Below, piece after piece: positions 51,401-63,694 of a stretch of 64,000 nt of DNA. The position numbers and the translations under genes are program-made. Each line of letters begins with the position of its first letter. Position 1 is the first letter of the stretch. Below the pieces are notes generated by a model that saw only the letters and a list, made by a program, of their open reading frames with translations, did no database searches and had not been told where the DNA came from. The DNA is from Styela clava. Its lineage: Eukaryota. The stretch lies in the NCBI RefSeq assembly GCF_964204865.1, contig NC_135250.1, forward strand, positions 6,262,001-6,326,000, read 5' to 3'.

Positions 51401-54400
51401 TTATTTTAGTTCCATTACCAGTTCGGGGACTGTCTATGTTAGCCAAGTGAGTATACCCCTGCCCATAGGTTTTAGTCCCTTTACACAACTTTATGTGAAG
51501 TGGGCGAACAAAATTTAGTTACCTCCATATTGGTACACATACTTCTTAGAGTGCTTTTCTTTCGCTTGATCTCTGCCTTCAAATTGTTTATTCTTCAAAT
51601 TTTTTTTAATTAACATAGTTTAATAATATACAGCAGTTAAAAATAACGCATGCCTTTAAATTAGAACATTTCATAATTATATCCATTCAGTTGACTTCGA
51701 TTTCTTTATTTATTGCTAAATTTTTTTTGGGGGTAGAAATTTTTGTATTACTATTCAGGTCCTAATGATGTGTGGACTACCAGGAGCCGGTAAAACATAT
51801 TACGCGGTGCAGAAGCTCAAAGAAAACCCAGACAAGAAATACAACGTCCTGGGAACAAATGCTATCATGGAGAAAATGAAGGTAATTTCATAATCATAAC
51901 AAATCAATCTACATGTAGGCTACACTTGTACAATAAGACTCGCATCGCATACATCAAAGTTTTTGTGACCAAAATTTCCTTCACTTGAAGAGTTAGCTTG
52001 GATTGGTGTCAAAATTCTTTTAACCTGGTGCCGGTGTCTCTATTTAAATGGCCCACCGTTAATTAAGGAAAATGAAAATGCCATAGTCACACACCCATTA
52101 CCATATTCACTTATCTCAAACTTCTTTGTAACTCAGGTCATGGGTGTCGCTCGCAAACGAAATTACGCAGGAAGATGGGAAATACTCATTCAAAACGCTA
52201 CACACTGCCTCAATCGTTTGCTTCAGCTTGCATGCAGGAAACGAAGAAACTACATCTTGGATCAGGTAATGAAACGAAAAACCAAGTATAGTAGGAATAA
52301 TATTATGAAATTGTAATCGATATGCGCAATTTGAAAAGAACCATTTTTTTTTTAAATATTTTTGATTTAATCATGAATCCAGAATATTGTTTTAATTTAG
52401 CAAATTTTGTTGAATTTTCTTATTTATATCTGGCCGCGCTGAATCAAACGAGGGTTACTGTTCAAATGAGTTGAAAGGAAATATTTTTTTTGCATATAAA
52501 ATATAGTCTGAATCGTGCACGACCGTTTATGATGTAGCTTCTTCTGGGTTTAAGACAAGCCAATGTATTATTCAGCTTATCTTTGTTATTAGATGACTTC
52601 CTTGTTTATATTCAAAACAATAACTAATCTACAATGTTTATGATTGAGAATAATTTTTTTGAGGTCAAAGAGGTATACGTTTGCTTTTAAAGTTTGCTTA
52701 AAAAGATTTTGTGTTTTTGAGGGCTATCTACATATTGTGGTACTGTATAACTGTAATTGCCAAATTGCAAATAGGAACTTGTTTAAAGTGGTGTTGAATA
52801 TTGGCAAATGGCAACGCTTTGCTAATTTTTAGGTGCCGATTTAATCTGATAGTATTAGATCAAATGTATTGACATTTTTCCTGATTCCTATATTATATAC
52901 GAAGAATAAATCGTAAAAATTTGAAAAAAAAAAACAATTGAGAAACTTCCTAAATGCAGAATAATTTAAAGTAGTTAATCATAAAGTAGTAAAATCATTA
53001 AGTTTGCTATCTCTATGTCTCATAAAAATAATAAAAATTGTTATCATACTGTATCGTACATATGGAAATTTTTGATCTGAAAGCTTTAATATTCTTAATG
53101 TTTGTTCTATGATTAATTTGATTCTTGATAGTGTTTTTATACGTCTGGAGTAAACAATATAACTTATGTGTACTCGTACTTCTAAAAATGTTAACGAATC
53201 TGATTCGTTTCATTTTTTATTTTAAAGGATATTCTTATGATTCATTATGAGACAACACTTGCAAATATGTCCAATTCGGGGATAAGAAATACTTTGATAA
53301 CAATTTTTGGTCACGTAGTTGCCATACAGAATTTCATGGCTTATCCCTATATATAGAAAATGGTCTTTGTTTTAAAGCTGCAGTAAATATAATGCATTTG
53401 TAATCTTACTTATTTTCCACAATTCAATCTTAGCTTCAAATTATGATATAATTTGTAGTTTTTACAAAATATGTAAGTTCACCAGGAAGTTTGGAAAATA
53501 CTGAATCTTATAGATGGTGATTTATTCATTTAATAGATTAGTTTCTTTTTCTGTTTGTGAATAAGAAGTAGTACGAAGTAATTTTCATGAATTGGCTTTA
53601 ACAAAGTAGAAATAATTTTATTTATCAGTTTTAATATATGTTGCTTTCACTACTTTTGTTTTGTATTATTCTATGCAATATTCTGGATTCGTGAAAATAA
53701 AAAAAATGGAAATTCAATTTTTTTCTTGTCTCAATATCAATTAGAAAATTACTGATTTTATTTTGGTTCTTTTCATAATGTACTTATCGATAACAATACT
53801 TAACACAGCTTCAGAGAACGGTAAGTATTTCCTAACCATATACACATTTGTCTGATAACCATATGAATTTTGTATACTCTACAGATATATTGAGATAAAA
53901 TGCAAAAAAAACTGTTAACTAATCCGATTCCTTGCATTTTTTCCCCATGTATTGCTTTGCTCAAACCACACGATAACTTTACGTGGTGGTGTACGATGTC
54001 ATGTGATGCATCCTTACAATCAACAATGAATGAATGAAAATAGACAAATGTGTATCCGTCGGCCCAGAGACGGAAAATGCGTCCGTTTGAGGGCTTTCAG
54101 CGCAAGGCTATTGTTATTGTGCCGAGTGATGAAGAATATAAGCAGCGTTTTGAAAAACGCACACAGGATGAAGGGAAGGAAGTACCTGATATGGCCGTTC
54201 TTGAAATGAAAGGTATCGTAACCGTCAGACTTCACGTCTCGATGGGTACTATTAGTTGTCTTATAATATACGGCCTTATTGTCTAACTAACAGTTTGGGT
54301 ATAATATTTTTTTTGTACGAAATTAACTTTTTTTTCCTTTTTTTTTTCTTGTCTCCAGCTAACTTTTCTCTCCCCGAGAAAGGAAACTTGTTCGACGAAG

Positions 54401-57400
54401 TAATCTTTACCGAGCTGGAGAGAGAAGAAGCGGAAAAACTTGTCGAAAAATACAGAGAAGATGGACGAAAGAATGGTCCACCTCCTGAAAAAAGATCCAG
54501 AAGTATGGATTTTTTTGTCGGCTGTCTGGATACTATTTACGATAATTGAAAATGAAGATATTTGTAAAATGTGGTTGTTTTTTATTCAGCGCTTGAGCGC
54601 CTTCTACTTGTACAAGTAGTGACTGCTTCCTGCTGTCGTGAATATAGTATTATCAAATATTTTTGAAAAACTTCTGAGAACAAATAACAGGTGAAGCCGC
54701 GGGCCACACCTTTATTTAACAGACTTTCTAGTAGTTACTGGTACAAAAATTTTGGGTATTGATCTTCTGACATGTTGTTCGCTTTGCTCAGGTGTAACGC
54801 AAAAGAATTTGAATTTCTCGCACATATTAGATTAAACTAATTTAAAAACTCATTTGGCTGGCCTCACACCATATTATTGGCACTACTCTGTGACCTACAC
54901 AATTTTTCCTTGTGGGCTACATTTGGCTCGCGGGTCGCAGGTTGAACACCCCTGATTTACAGTATTCTCTTATATTTTAGTTGAACTACACTTTCTAGCT
55001 GTTCTTATAACATATTTCTCCATATAGATGGTGACAACAGGAGCAGAGGACCCGGTGGGTGGCGTCAAAGAGACAACTATGGACCACCCATGCCATACGG
55101 AAATAGGGGTGGTTGGGGAAGATACGGAGGAGGGGGTGGGGGCCCAATGGGGTACGGCAGAGGAGGCGGAGGAGGTGGTTTCGGGGGTGGATTCAGAGGT
55201 AGAGGTGGAGGCTATGGAGGAAGAGGGGGTTATGGAAACAGAGGATACGATCAGGGAAGAGGTAAGTAGTATCTATAGTCAAACCAAATTTTGTGATATT
55301 TTTATAGTATTCAATATGTTTATGGGGCACTCCTGTGATATGTGTACCAAGTTAGGGTTAGGCCATAATTTTATTCCGATTTTTCTTATTTTAGTTCTAT
55401 TGAGTTCAGGAACTGTTTGTGTTAGCCAAGTGAATACACCCTCTGCCAATACGTTTCAGTCACTTTATACAACTCGAGGTAAAGTAGGCAAACAAAATTA
55501 GTTACCTCCATATTGGCCATGTTTTGTTCTTGGCAACATAATTGCTATTGGTAGTGGAGGTGTTTATTCTGTTCAGTTAGGTTTGGTAAATTACCGATAC
55601 TTGTCTTGCCAGTTTGATGTCACTACCCATGTGTTACCAATCTTGCTTCATTTAAACTAAAATTATTGACGGAGTCATCTGATAAGATGGTTTGATTATA
55701 TAAACAAACCACAACCTTTAGTTGGTGATTAGGTTCTATCTAGCACTTGTATGGGAACTACATTCTACAGTTTCAACATGCCAATTTTAATACTTGCCAG
55801 GTGGTAAAGCGCCATATTAAAATCTGAGAACTATGGTTTGTTTGTCAATCTAAAATGCTTGTCAACGACTCAATGTTTCCTCTGGATTAAGGATGGGCAA
55901 ATTACGGCCCACTGAAGTGTTTCGTCCGGCCCACTTGTGTCTGCTAAAACTATGACTAAAGTTTTTATGAATATATATTTCAATGAAAACATTGATGGGA
56001 ATAACAAATTGTTGGCAAAAATATTCTCTACACATAACCCTAACCTAAATATAATGTGCAAATAAGCCTCATATACCTCAAACTCACCCATCCGAATTAT
56101 TAATGTCATTGTAAAACTTTAACTTCTCTGCCAGGAACAGTGCTCGGGACTAGCGTTTAGACGTGCAAATTACCTTTTTCATTCATAATTTCCTATTGGG
56201 TTAAGAACTTATGGCCCAGTGACCAAGTCTAGTATCTGTAAGTGGCCCACTAAAGAAATTAATTGCACACCCATGTTCTAGATTACAACCGTGGAGGTGG
56301 ACGAAGAGACAATCGTGGCGGAAGTGGTGGCGGCAGTCGTGACGGAGCCAAAAGAGGTAAAAGCAATAATGTAACAAGAATTTATTTGCATAAGTTATGT
56401 GAGATGCTTGCATCACATCAACACAGATGTTTCTAACTACAACAACAAGAGAGTAGTAAATTTATGTCGACTTTGTGTCTAAAATGCAAATTTCACTTTA
56501 AAACAAACAGCAATTTTGAATTGTTCAAATTTCATTATTATGCAATTTTTATTTCGTTCACAGTAAATCTATGGAAAACCATACAATGTAGCTAGAATCG
56601 ATTCAAACATTTTTACATATTTATTTTATATTTGTCATTTCATTATTTGTAGTCTCTCATTTTGTGTTTCGCTAATACAACAGGTGGATGGCAACAGAGT
56701 CGTGGCGGATATGGAGGTGGACGCGGTGGCGGAAGTGGTGATATGTATGGAGGATACAATAAGTATGTTTTTATAATATGATTTAATTGAATAAATCTTC
56801 CATCTATTTTAATTGTTATTGTTCAGTATTGTTCCAATCACTCTCAAATTTGATGGTGTTTATGCCTTACCTAAATTCAGTTTTTCGTGATGAATATAAT
56901 ACCTTGACGACGAATTTCACACTTCTCAAAATAGGATTCTAGAGAAGCAGAAAAATATTCAGAGCGGCAGAATAGTTACCATTTGGCGTTGTCTATGCAT
57001 TATGTTTTATCCCGAATGAAACGCTGTTAATGTTTCTAATAATTTCCATTTTCAGGCACAATCAAGGAAGAGGAGGAAGTAGTAGTAGTAGTAGTAGTAG
57101 CAGTACCGGCAGTGGTGGAGGAGGTTATCGTAATGGAGGCGGAAGTGGTGGATACCAGGGAAGACAAGGCAGTGGTGGACAGAATAAATATCAAGGAAAT
57201 AATGCCTCATCTAACACTCATCCTTCAGCTCAGGTATGATGTAGTATTCAACCTCTGCGGCATCAAAGCTTCTTTTTACATCGGACCTGGGCTTCTACTT
57301 CATAGGCAATGGTTTTATTGGTATGACCATTACCATTTTAGCCATATTTCTTGCCACCATCCAGTTAGTTGAACTCTAGAAGTGGTTCAGTGACATGGGA

Positions 57401-58981
57401 AATTCAAATATCTCTGTAGTTCCTGTAGCTAAATATGTAGTCATATTTTGGAGGATCGGTTATTAAGAAAATTTTTATCTCTTGATATTTCAAAATTAAA
57501 GCAAAAGGAAGCTGTTTTAATTTTCATTCATTTTTTATCTCTGGTCGTGGCACTTTTAACTCTTATTATTCTCTCTTTTTAGTCGTACACTTACGGTCAT
57601 CACCCGAACCAACAGCAACAACAACCACAACAGAGGCAGCAACAACAAATGCAGAATTACGCCAACTATGGTATGCAGGGCTATAACTATCAACAACCTA
57701 GCACTCAGTCACAAACTTCAAATGCTCAGACCCAACAACAAGGCTACCAACAACAATACGGACAACAGGTTTTTTAGATTTTTTAGTTCATTTGCTAATT
57801 AATCCGCAAAATGTATTTATCCCAACTCAGAACAATGGGACAAGTGTAGCTAATTGAAACAAGGGCGCTCCAGAAGTGTGTGTAACAATCTGGAGGTAAC
57901 TAATTTTGTTCCCTACTTCACATCAAGTTGTCTAAAGGGACTGAAAGCTATGGGCCCCCTGCCCTGTACATTCACTCGGATAGCAATCCCCGAACTCGTA
58001 ATAGAACTAAAATAAGGAATATCGGAAAACAATTATGGCCCAACCCTAACCTGGTACACACACTACGGGAGTACCAACAAGTGTACTAAAAAGGGTAAAA
58101 GCGGGACGCAACATTTTTGTGACACCGTTCTGAACATTGGTCCATTATTGCCTTACCGCTTTTATGCACAGCAAATGTACATCACTTTTTTTTCTGTTTT
58201 TTTTTCGGTGATTCCGATAAGTGAATAAAATACCATAAAAGAAGTTGTCAAAATAATATTAGGCAGTTGGTAAAAAAAAATTTCCTAAATTATTTAAGTA
58301 GACAACATTTAAACGAGAATATCGGTTGGAAACCGAAGACTTATCGATCGATAGTTAGGGGATCCCCCAAAACAGAAACTGCGGTTTCGATTCATCCGCT
58401 CTTGTAACTTGCGCACTGCACATCGCACACACACACTCGGCGGGTCTCAAAATTCTCTCGCTTTACAAAAATCTAGATCACTATATCAATAATTGATTGA
58501 TAACTCGCTAATTATATGACATAATTCGCCCAAAATCAATAGGCTTCTGGTCCGAGATAAGATGAATGCACATGCAAAATCTGGAGCAGATTCAATCTCG
58601 CTTTCGTGAGATATCGCGTGCATCTAACAGACATACAGACAAATACCTATCAACATACTTATCGATTATAATCGATAAGTAAGAACATGCGCATGTGCCT
58701 TTTGAAAGAGCTGTTCATGTTTACTGTGCTGACTAGGTATTTATTTTTCGAACAAATTAATATTTCTTGACTCAGATTCAAGCATTTCGTTCATCTTTTT
58801 GTACATTTTTTAATGTGTTTATTTTTATTTGTATATTCAGGATTACAGCCAACAATGGGCACAGTACTACCAGGCACAACAGAACCAACAATATCAAAAC
58901 TACTATGCTAACTATCAGCAGTACTACAATCAGCAAGCCGCAGCCGCTCAACAACAACAGCAACAGGTGCCAAAATCCTAA
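45434..58981 (+). CDS. HNRNPUL1: Heterogeneous nuclear ribonucleoprotein U / U-like 1 (SAP, acidic, SPRY, P-loop NTPase, RGG, Q/Y-rich tail), 21 exons, ~1008 aa
   Basis: Exons: 45434-45563, 45651-45748, 45986-46261, 47026-47119, 47208-47342, 47647-47709, 48828-48909, 49116-49320, 49791-50003, 50489-50644, 51078-51194, 51759-51881, 52137-52265, 54044-54212, 54359-54502, 55028-55261, 56282-56356, 56684-56762, 57056-57233, 57583-57768, 58841-58981 (3027 nt in frame). [16 protein letters not shown]; [20 protein letters not shown] / VRVGWS; Walker A GLPGAGKT; RNYILDQTNVY; RGG boxes; QQWAQYYQ tail. AATAAA at 59659-59664. It may be a single co-ortholog of vertebrate U/UL1/UL2. Confidence 0.93.
47785..48718. 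mobile_element. piggyBac-like non-autonomous element in an hnRNPU-like intron
   Basis: Flanked by TTAA (47781-47784, 48719-48722) with CCT...AGG ends. GTTTCAGACG near the left end is mirrored by CGTCTGAAAC near the right end. Confidence 0.5.
50080..50430 (+). repeat. Degenerate TGAGT/TTTGTRC-rich minisatellite in an intron
   Basis: Recurrent (G)TGAGT...TTTGTRC units fill most of intron 9. Confidence 0.6.
51342..51554 (-). mobile_element. MITE family A copy
   Basis: Reverse-orientation homologue (GGTTAGGGTTAGG...TTAGTTACCTCCATATTGGTACAC). Confidence 0.8.
55325..55517 (-). mobile_element. MITE family A copy
   Basis: Reverse-orientation homologue, truncated at one end. Confidence 0.75.
57864..58075 (+). 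mobile_element. MITE family A copy
   Basis: Both imperfect TIRs are intact. Confidence 0.82.
58311..58682 (+). mobile_element. Helentron/DINE-1-like element, family B
   Basis: 5' ACTTATCGATCG, GACA microsatellite, and a perfect 3' hairpin ACTTATCGAT-TATA-ATCGATAAGT (58657-58680). Confidence 0.75.
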
Positions 58982-60418
58982 ACGCTGGAACCTACAACAA
59001 CAAAAACAACAGCAGTTTGCTTCAATGATCAAGCGTAGGCCAAGTTGTCTGCCTGGGACCTTTATTATTGAGTGTTTTTCTGAAATTTTTTAGCATCTTA
59101 CTTGATTAAATATCAAAATGAATATCCTATTATTAGAATCGCTACTCTCCAATAAAGGACGAATTGATTGTAGTTTACATGTTGAATTAGGCAAATCTTG
59201 CTTTTAGCCTATCAATTTTTAGCAATTGATTTGCGACTCGCGATCGAAAATTTTTTTTACGATCTGAATTTGTTTATAACACTGCCTTTGTATGCTTAGA
59301 AATGAATGTTGTCAGTTGATTTTGTAATAGGTTTTATAACTTTTCCAGTTCCATCAATGAGTTGAGAATTTACCGAATTATGTTATTATTGCTTTTGATA
59401 CAAACAAAAGCCGTAGTTTTGCATGTAGAATCTATTACAAGGAAGCCCATTCGACTTGTAGTAGGTATATAATCTTGCTTTGTAGTAATAATATCATCAG
59501 AAATTGACCTTATTGTCATGGGGAATTTGATTGAATATTTTAGACTTGAAAGATGTTAAGTCTTTGTAGTTGAAGCTAAGTTTTCTATTGCATTGGTAAT
59601 CGAATGTTTATAATTGAATATTGATGGCATGCATCGTTTCAAGCATTTTGAAAATGTAAATAAAGTACAATTGTGATGAAATCAGTTTGGTTTTCATTTT
59701 TGCAATGTTAGGACTTGGGGAAGGTGCGCAGTTTCCTATCTTCAATTGTATTCGAAGATGTTTTTGTTCTCATCTCTGAAGAAAATTATTATTTCACATA
59801 GTTTTAATTTGAGTTTGTCACTGTGTTAGGCTTAGGCATTACTTGTTGAATGGGCTGACGTTGATCCGAGCTGTGAACATGTTTTTGTGGTGTTTGCTAA
59901 CTCCTGGTCTGGGATCAGGCTCAGAAAGTGATGGGTCGCCTAGCAAAACTAGCTGTGAGTGTAACCTTTTTTCGAGATATTTGTTAGTGGTATTAAGAGT
60001 GTCAGAGTTGGTTTGGTCAGCACGGAAGATGATAAAATATTTACCTGATTACCCTTCAAAGCAAATTATCGTCTCTTCAATATACGTATGTGGGAATGCA
60101 GATGCGATATGTCGACAGTGGGTACAGTTTCCAATGACCTCTATCCCCGTGTCATTACCGATTACTCCTTCTGTACAATAAATTCTAATTTTGCGGTCCT
60201 CAAGTTGTGTTGATTATACGTAGAAATGGTACAGGGAAAATATATTTCAAATTCCGCCTGTTCTACATTTTGTTCGAAACCTTGGAAAATTTTAATCAAA
60301 GGTCCCGCCAGGTGGCCGCTGTAGTACTCGCTGTTTATTGTTTTGAAATTCGAGTGTTGTTGTCTCGGCATTAGGTTTGTAGTTGACGGTGGAGATTTTT
60401 CAAGAATCGATAAGTACG

Positions 60419-63400
60419 ATGTGGCGGTCTAATGTTAATGAGAGTACAGAAAACATTTCAGATTTTGACGACAGTGATACATATTCTAGTTCCGGAGCTG
60501 ATGAGTTTTCTGAGTAAGTGACTTTGTTTTTATTTCAATAACGGTCTGACGGTAGCAAATGAATGAATTGATGCTATTTTGCTGTCGGTTTATACAATTC
60601 AATCTAAAATATACTATTTAATTTCCTGCCATACTACAATGTTTAAATGTTGATCATTTTGAGCTACAGCCTATGGACTGCGCAATTTTATGCTCTAACT
60701 GTATTTCGTTGGCAATATACGACTGTACGACGCTTTTCTAGCCAAGATAGCTATGCAAGTTTAAAATTTTTGTCCGAGGTTTGGGTACTTGTGTAGTTTC
60801 GTTCCACACTAACTTCTAATGAGCGTGGAGCAACAATTTTTTTTTATATGTCAGATATGACCTGTGTGATACCAATAATTTTATTTAATGCAAAAACGGC
60901 CTCTTCCGGAATCTTAATTGTTAATAGTTCGCATACTAAACAGTTTACCTGCCTTCAAATTTTGATATTTTCATGTAGCAAGTAACCTAGGCATGCGTGC
61001 CTCGTGCCTCATTTTCCTATCACACGAAACACCCGACCAGCCTCTCACTTCTGCTCATCGAGTCTTTTTTATTATAATCTTATCATATTATGTGTGTTGT
61101 TTTTGGTGAACAGGCACGTGCATTACATGTTATGAACTATATTCTTGAGTTTTGCTCGTTTTCCTGGCATTTCTGTAATATGATTTTTTGGGTCTCGTTT
61201 AGTTTCGTACCTAATGTACTTCTGGTGGGCGTAGCATAACAATTTTTTGATATGTCAATCCTAACAATCTGTCAAATATACGACTATCGCCCGAAATGGC
61301 ATTGGCGCCTACGATAAAGAACTGACTGGGGTTATCGATCCCTCTCCTATTGGAATCGTTGCAACGAGAAATCGAGAGAAATAACTGTTCGATTTCGGGT
61401 GCTCGTTTGCGCGTTTTGGATGGCATTTTCGTATAGTTTGAAGGGCTGTATTACGTCACTGTGACGTCTTAATGACATAATTTTTGGATGGTGTAGTCAG
61501 GTGGGGGTTAGGATTGATACATGAAAATTATCATGCTACGCTCACTAGAAGTATGTTAGGTACGAAACTACATGGGACCCGATTTTTTTTACTGAGTGTT
61601 GTATTTTCTGAATGAATTGTATTATATTGTCATACCTAACCCCCACCTCAATAACATACTGACATATGTAAAAATGGTTATGCCAAGCCCACTAGAAGTA
61701 CTTGTGGTACTAGATTACACTACACCTTGAAGTTTGGCAATTTAATGGTAACTGGCTAACTAATCCTGTACCCGACATGGACTGGTAACCGGGCGAGAGG
61801 CCATGGTTTGCCATGTGATTCAGCAGTCTAAACCAGCTCCCCCGAGATAAATATGTAAAGCTTATCCTATATTTACTTACTAATTATTTATATGCGCATG
61901 CAATTACCTGTCCAGTGATGTTTTCAAATGATATGATAGTAAACATATTCATTTCTACAGTGATTCAAACCCACCATGGCATGATGAAATAGATGATGAT
62001 GGAGAATTATTTTTTGTTGAAGATGAAACATCAGTACATCAAACAGTGCAGCAAAATAGAGATGCTCGAAACAAAGTAATTTGGCATTAGTAGGCCTAGT
62101 TGACCTCTCAGCCAGGCTCCTATTCTTAATTGGAAAAACAAGACTTGGGGTTGGCCTTTTGTGGGTGGGATACACACTTGCCATTGCACAAATTTTGGGG
62201 TGATAAAAGTTTTTATTTTGTTGTAAAAGGTTTGTTCTGCCATAATCTATAACTAAAGTTATACATTTTGCTAAATTTTTTTCTCTGGTTTGTTGTTGGG
62301 AAAAAAAAATCTTTACTCCATATCTGATGGACAAGTTAATTTTGAATTTTCAGTGGGCCAACTCTATGATGGAAAAGTTGCTATTTTAATTTTCTCGGAG
62401 TCCCTGATATTTCACCAAAATTTTAGAAAACACCTCCTGTTCTGTATTGCTTGACCCGCCCCTGTATTTCTTGTCTGCAAACTTGAAGTTCTCAGGCCAT
62501 ACCATACTTCACAGATGCATGACCTCTGTATCTATTTATTTGAGCATTGCTGTCATCTTTGAAGTAATATATTTCTATACAGAAATTCGACAACACATTG
62601 TCAAGCACAGACCTGCACGGTACAGCATCAAACGCTCCATCCCATCGACAAACCCATTCAATTAGCGTGAATGAACGAAAAACAATAAGAGATGAATACT
62701 TAGCTCATCGGAATCAGCAACAGAATAGACATAGGCAACACGATTCTTTCAGACTTCACTCGGATGAAAGCGACAATGAATTTAAAACTGTCTTTGTTTG
62801 TGTGAACTCGGCGTCATCGTATGGATCAGGTTAGAGTTATTAAGGGATTAGTTCTGAAAGTCGTTCACCCCTGCCAGTGAACGGGCACCTCTTATTACTC
62901 GTGTGGGTTAATTGATGGGTTCATATGTTTTTCTTAAGGGGGGCCTTTCACTCCAAAAAAGGCTCTGTACAGTGTATACTAATATTTTTTTATTAATGAC
63001 ATTTTTTGTTTGTTGAATAATTGATAACATGTTTGTTGGATTTTCATTTGTTCAATATCAATATATTTTACATTTTTTTTTAGGTGATTCATCTTTGTTG
63101 AAACAAATGCTCGGTATCATTTCTCTCAACAGTCTTAACGGAGGACAATATTTTGCGAAGACTAGCGATGATAAATCTATTATAATCAGTGCATTGTTAC
63201 CTGATGGGCCTGCTTTCAGAAGTGAAGCCATTGAAATAGGTAAGTTTTATAACTTGAAAATGCTATTTAACATGATTAATATTTTCAATTGGTCTCAGCG
63301 ATTCGGAAAAAAAAGTTTTGGATGCGTTTTAACTTTTTCATTTGGTAAAAGACTTGATGCCAGCAGTCCTTAATATGAAAGGAGCGCCAAATTGTTCATA

Positions 63401-63694
63401 TATATTTGGATATTTTACTTTTGACTGCCAATGTGTTATAATAAATGTTATCAGTTGCAAAGTTGAATTTTAATTATTTTCCAATTCCGAATTTTTTTTT
63501 CGAATAAAATTTTTACTGACTGAACGCCGATAATACTGTACTATTAAATGTATTATTTTTGGCCAACATAGAAATTTAGTAAATTACTCATAATTACTAC
63601 CTTTGAAGGTGATATTTTACTCGCCATTAACGATGTTGCTGTTTATCGATCTAATATAGAGCAAGTACTCAGAAGGATACCCCAGAGAATGGAG
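60419..63694 (+). CDS. INTU: Protein inturned (CPLANE planar cell polarity effector, PDZ domain), 5' partial
   Basis: Exons 60419-60513, 61961-62075, 62583-62829, 63084-63239, 63609-63694; the gene continues beyond the window. PPWHDEIDDDGELFFVE matches the conserved INTU N-terminal motif. The PDZ segment LLKQMLGII...IIISALLPDGPAFRSEAIEIGDILLAINDVAVYRSNIEQVLRRIP matches the INTU PDZ. Confidence 0.85.
61750..61870 (+). mobile_element. SINE-like family C 3' end
   Basis: Matches 34420-34585 (minus) and 18229-18680, and ends in an ATCCT-like tail. Confidence 0.6.

Noticed and set aside
52266-54043. U12-type intron suggested by TCCTTAC near the acceptor
   Set aside because: The donor is GTAATG (or GTAAGT), not GTATCC/ATATCC.
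55028-55501. 157-aa ORF as an independent gene
   Set aside because: It is an alternative frame of the RGG exon (55028-55261) running into intron and MITE sequence.
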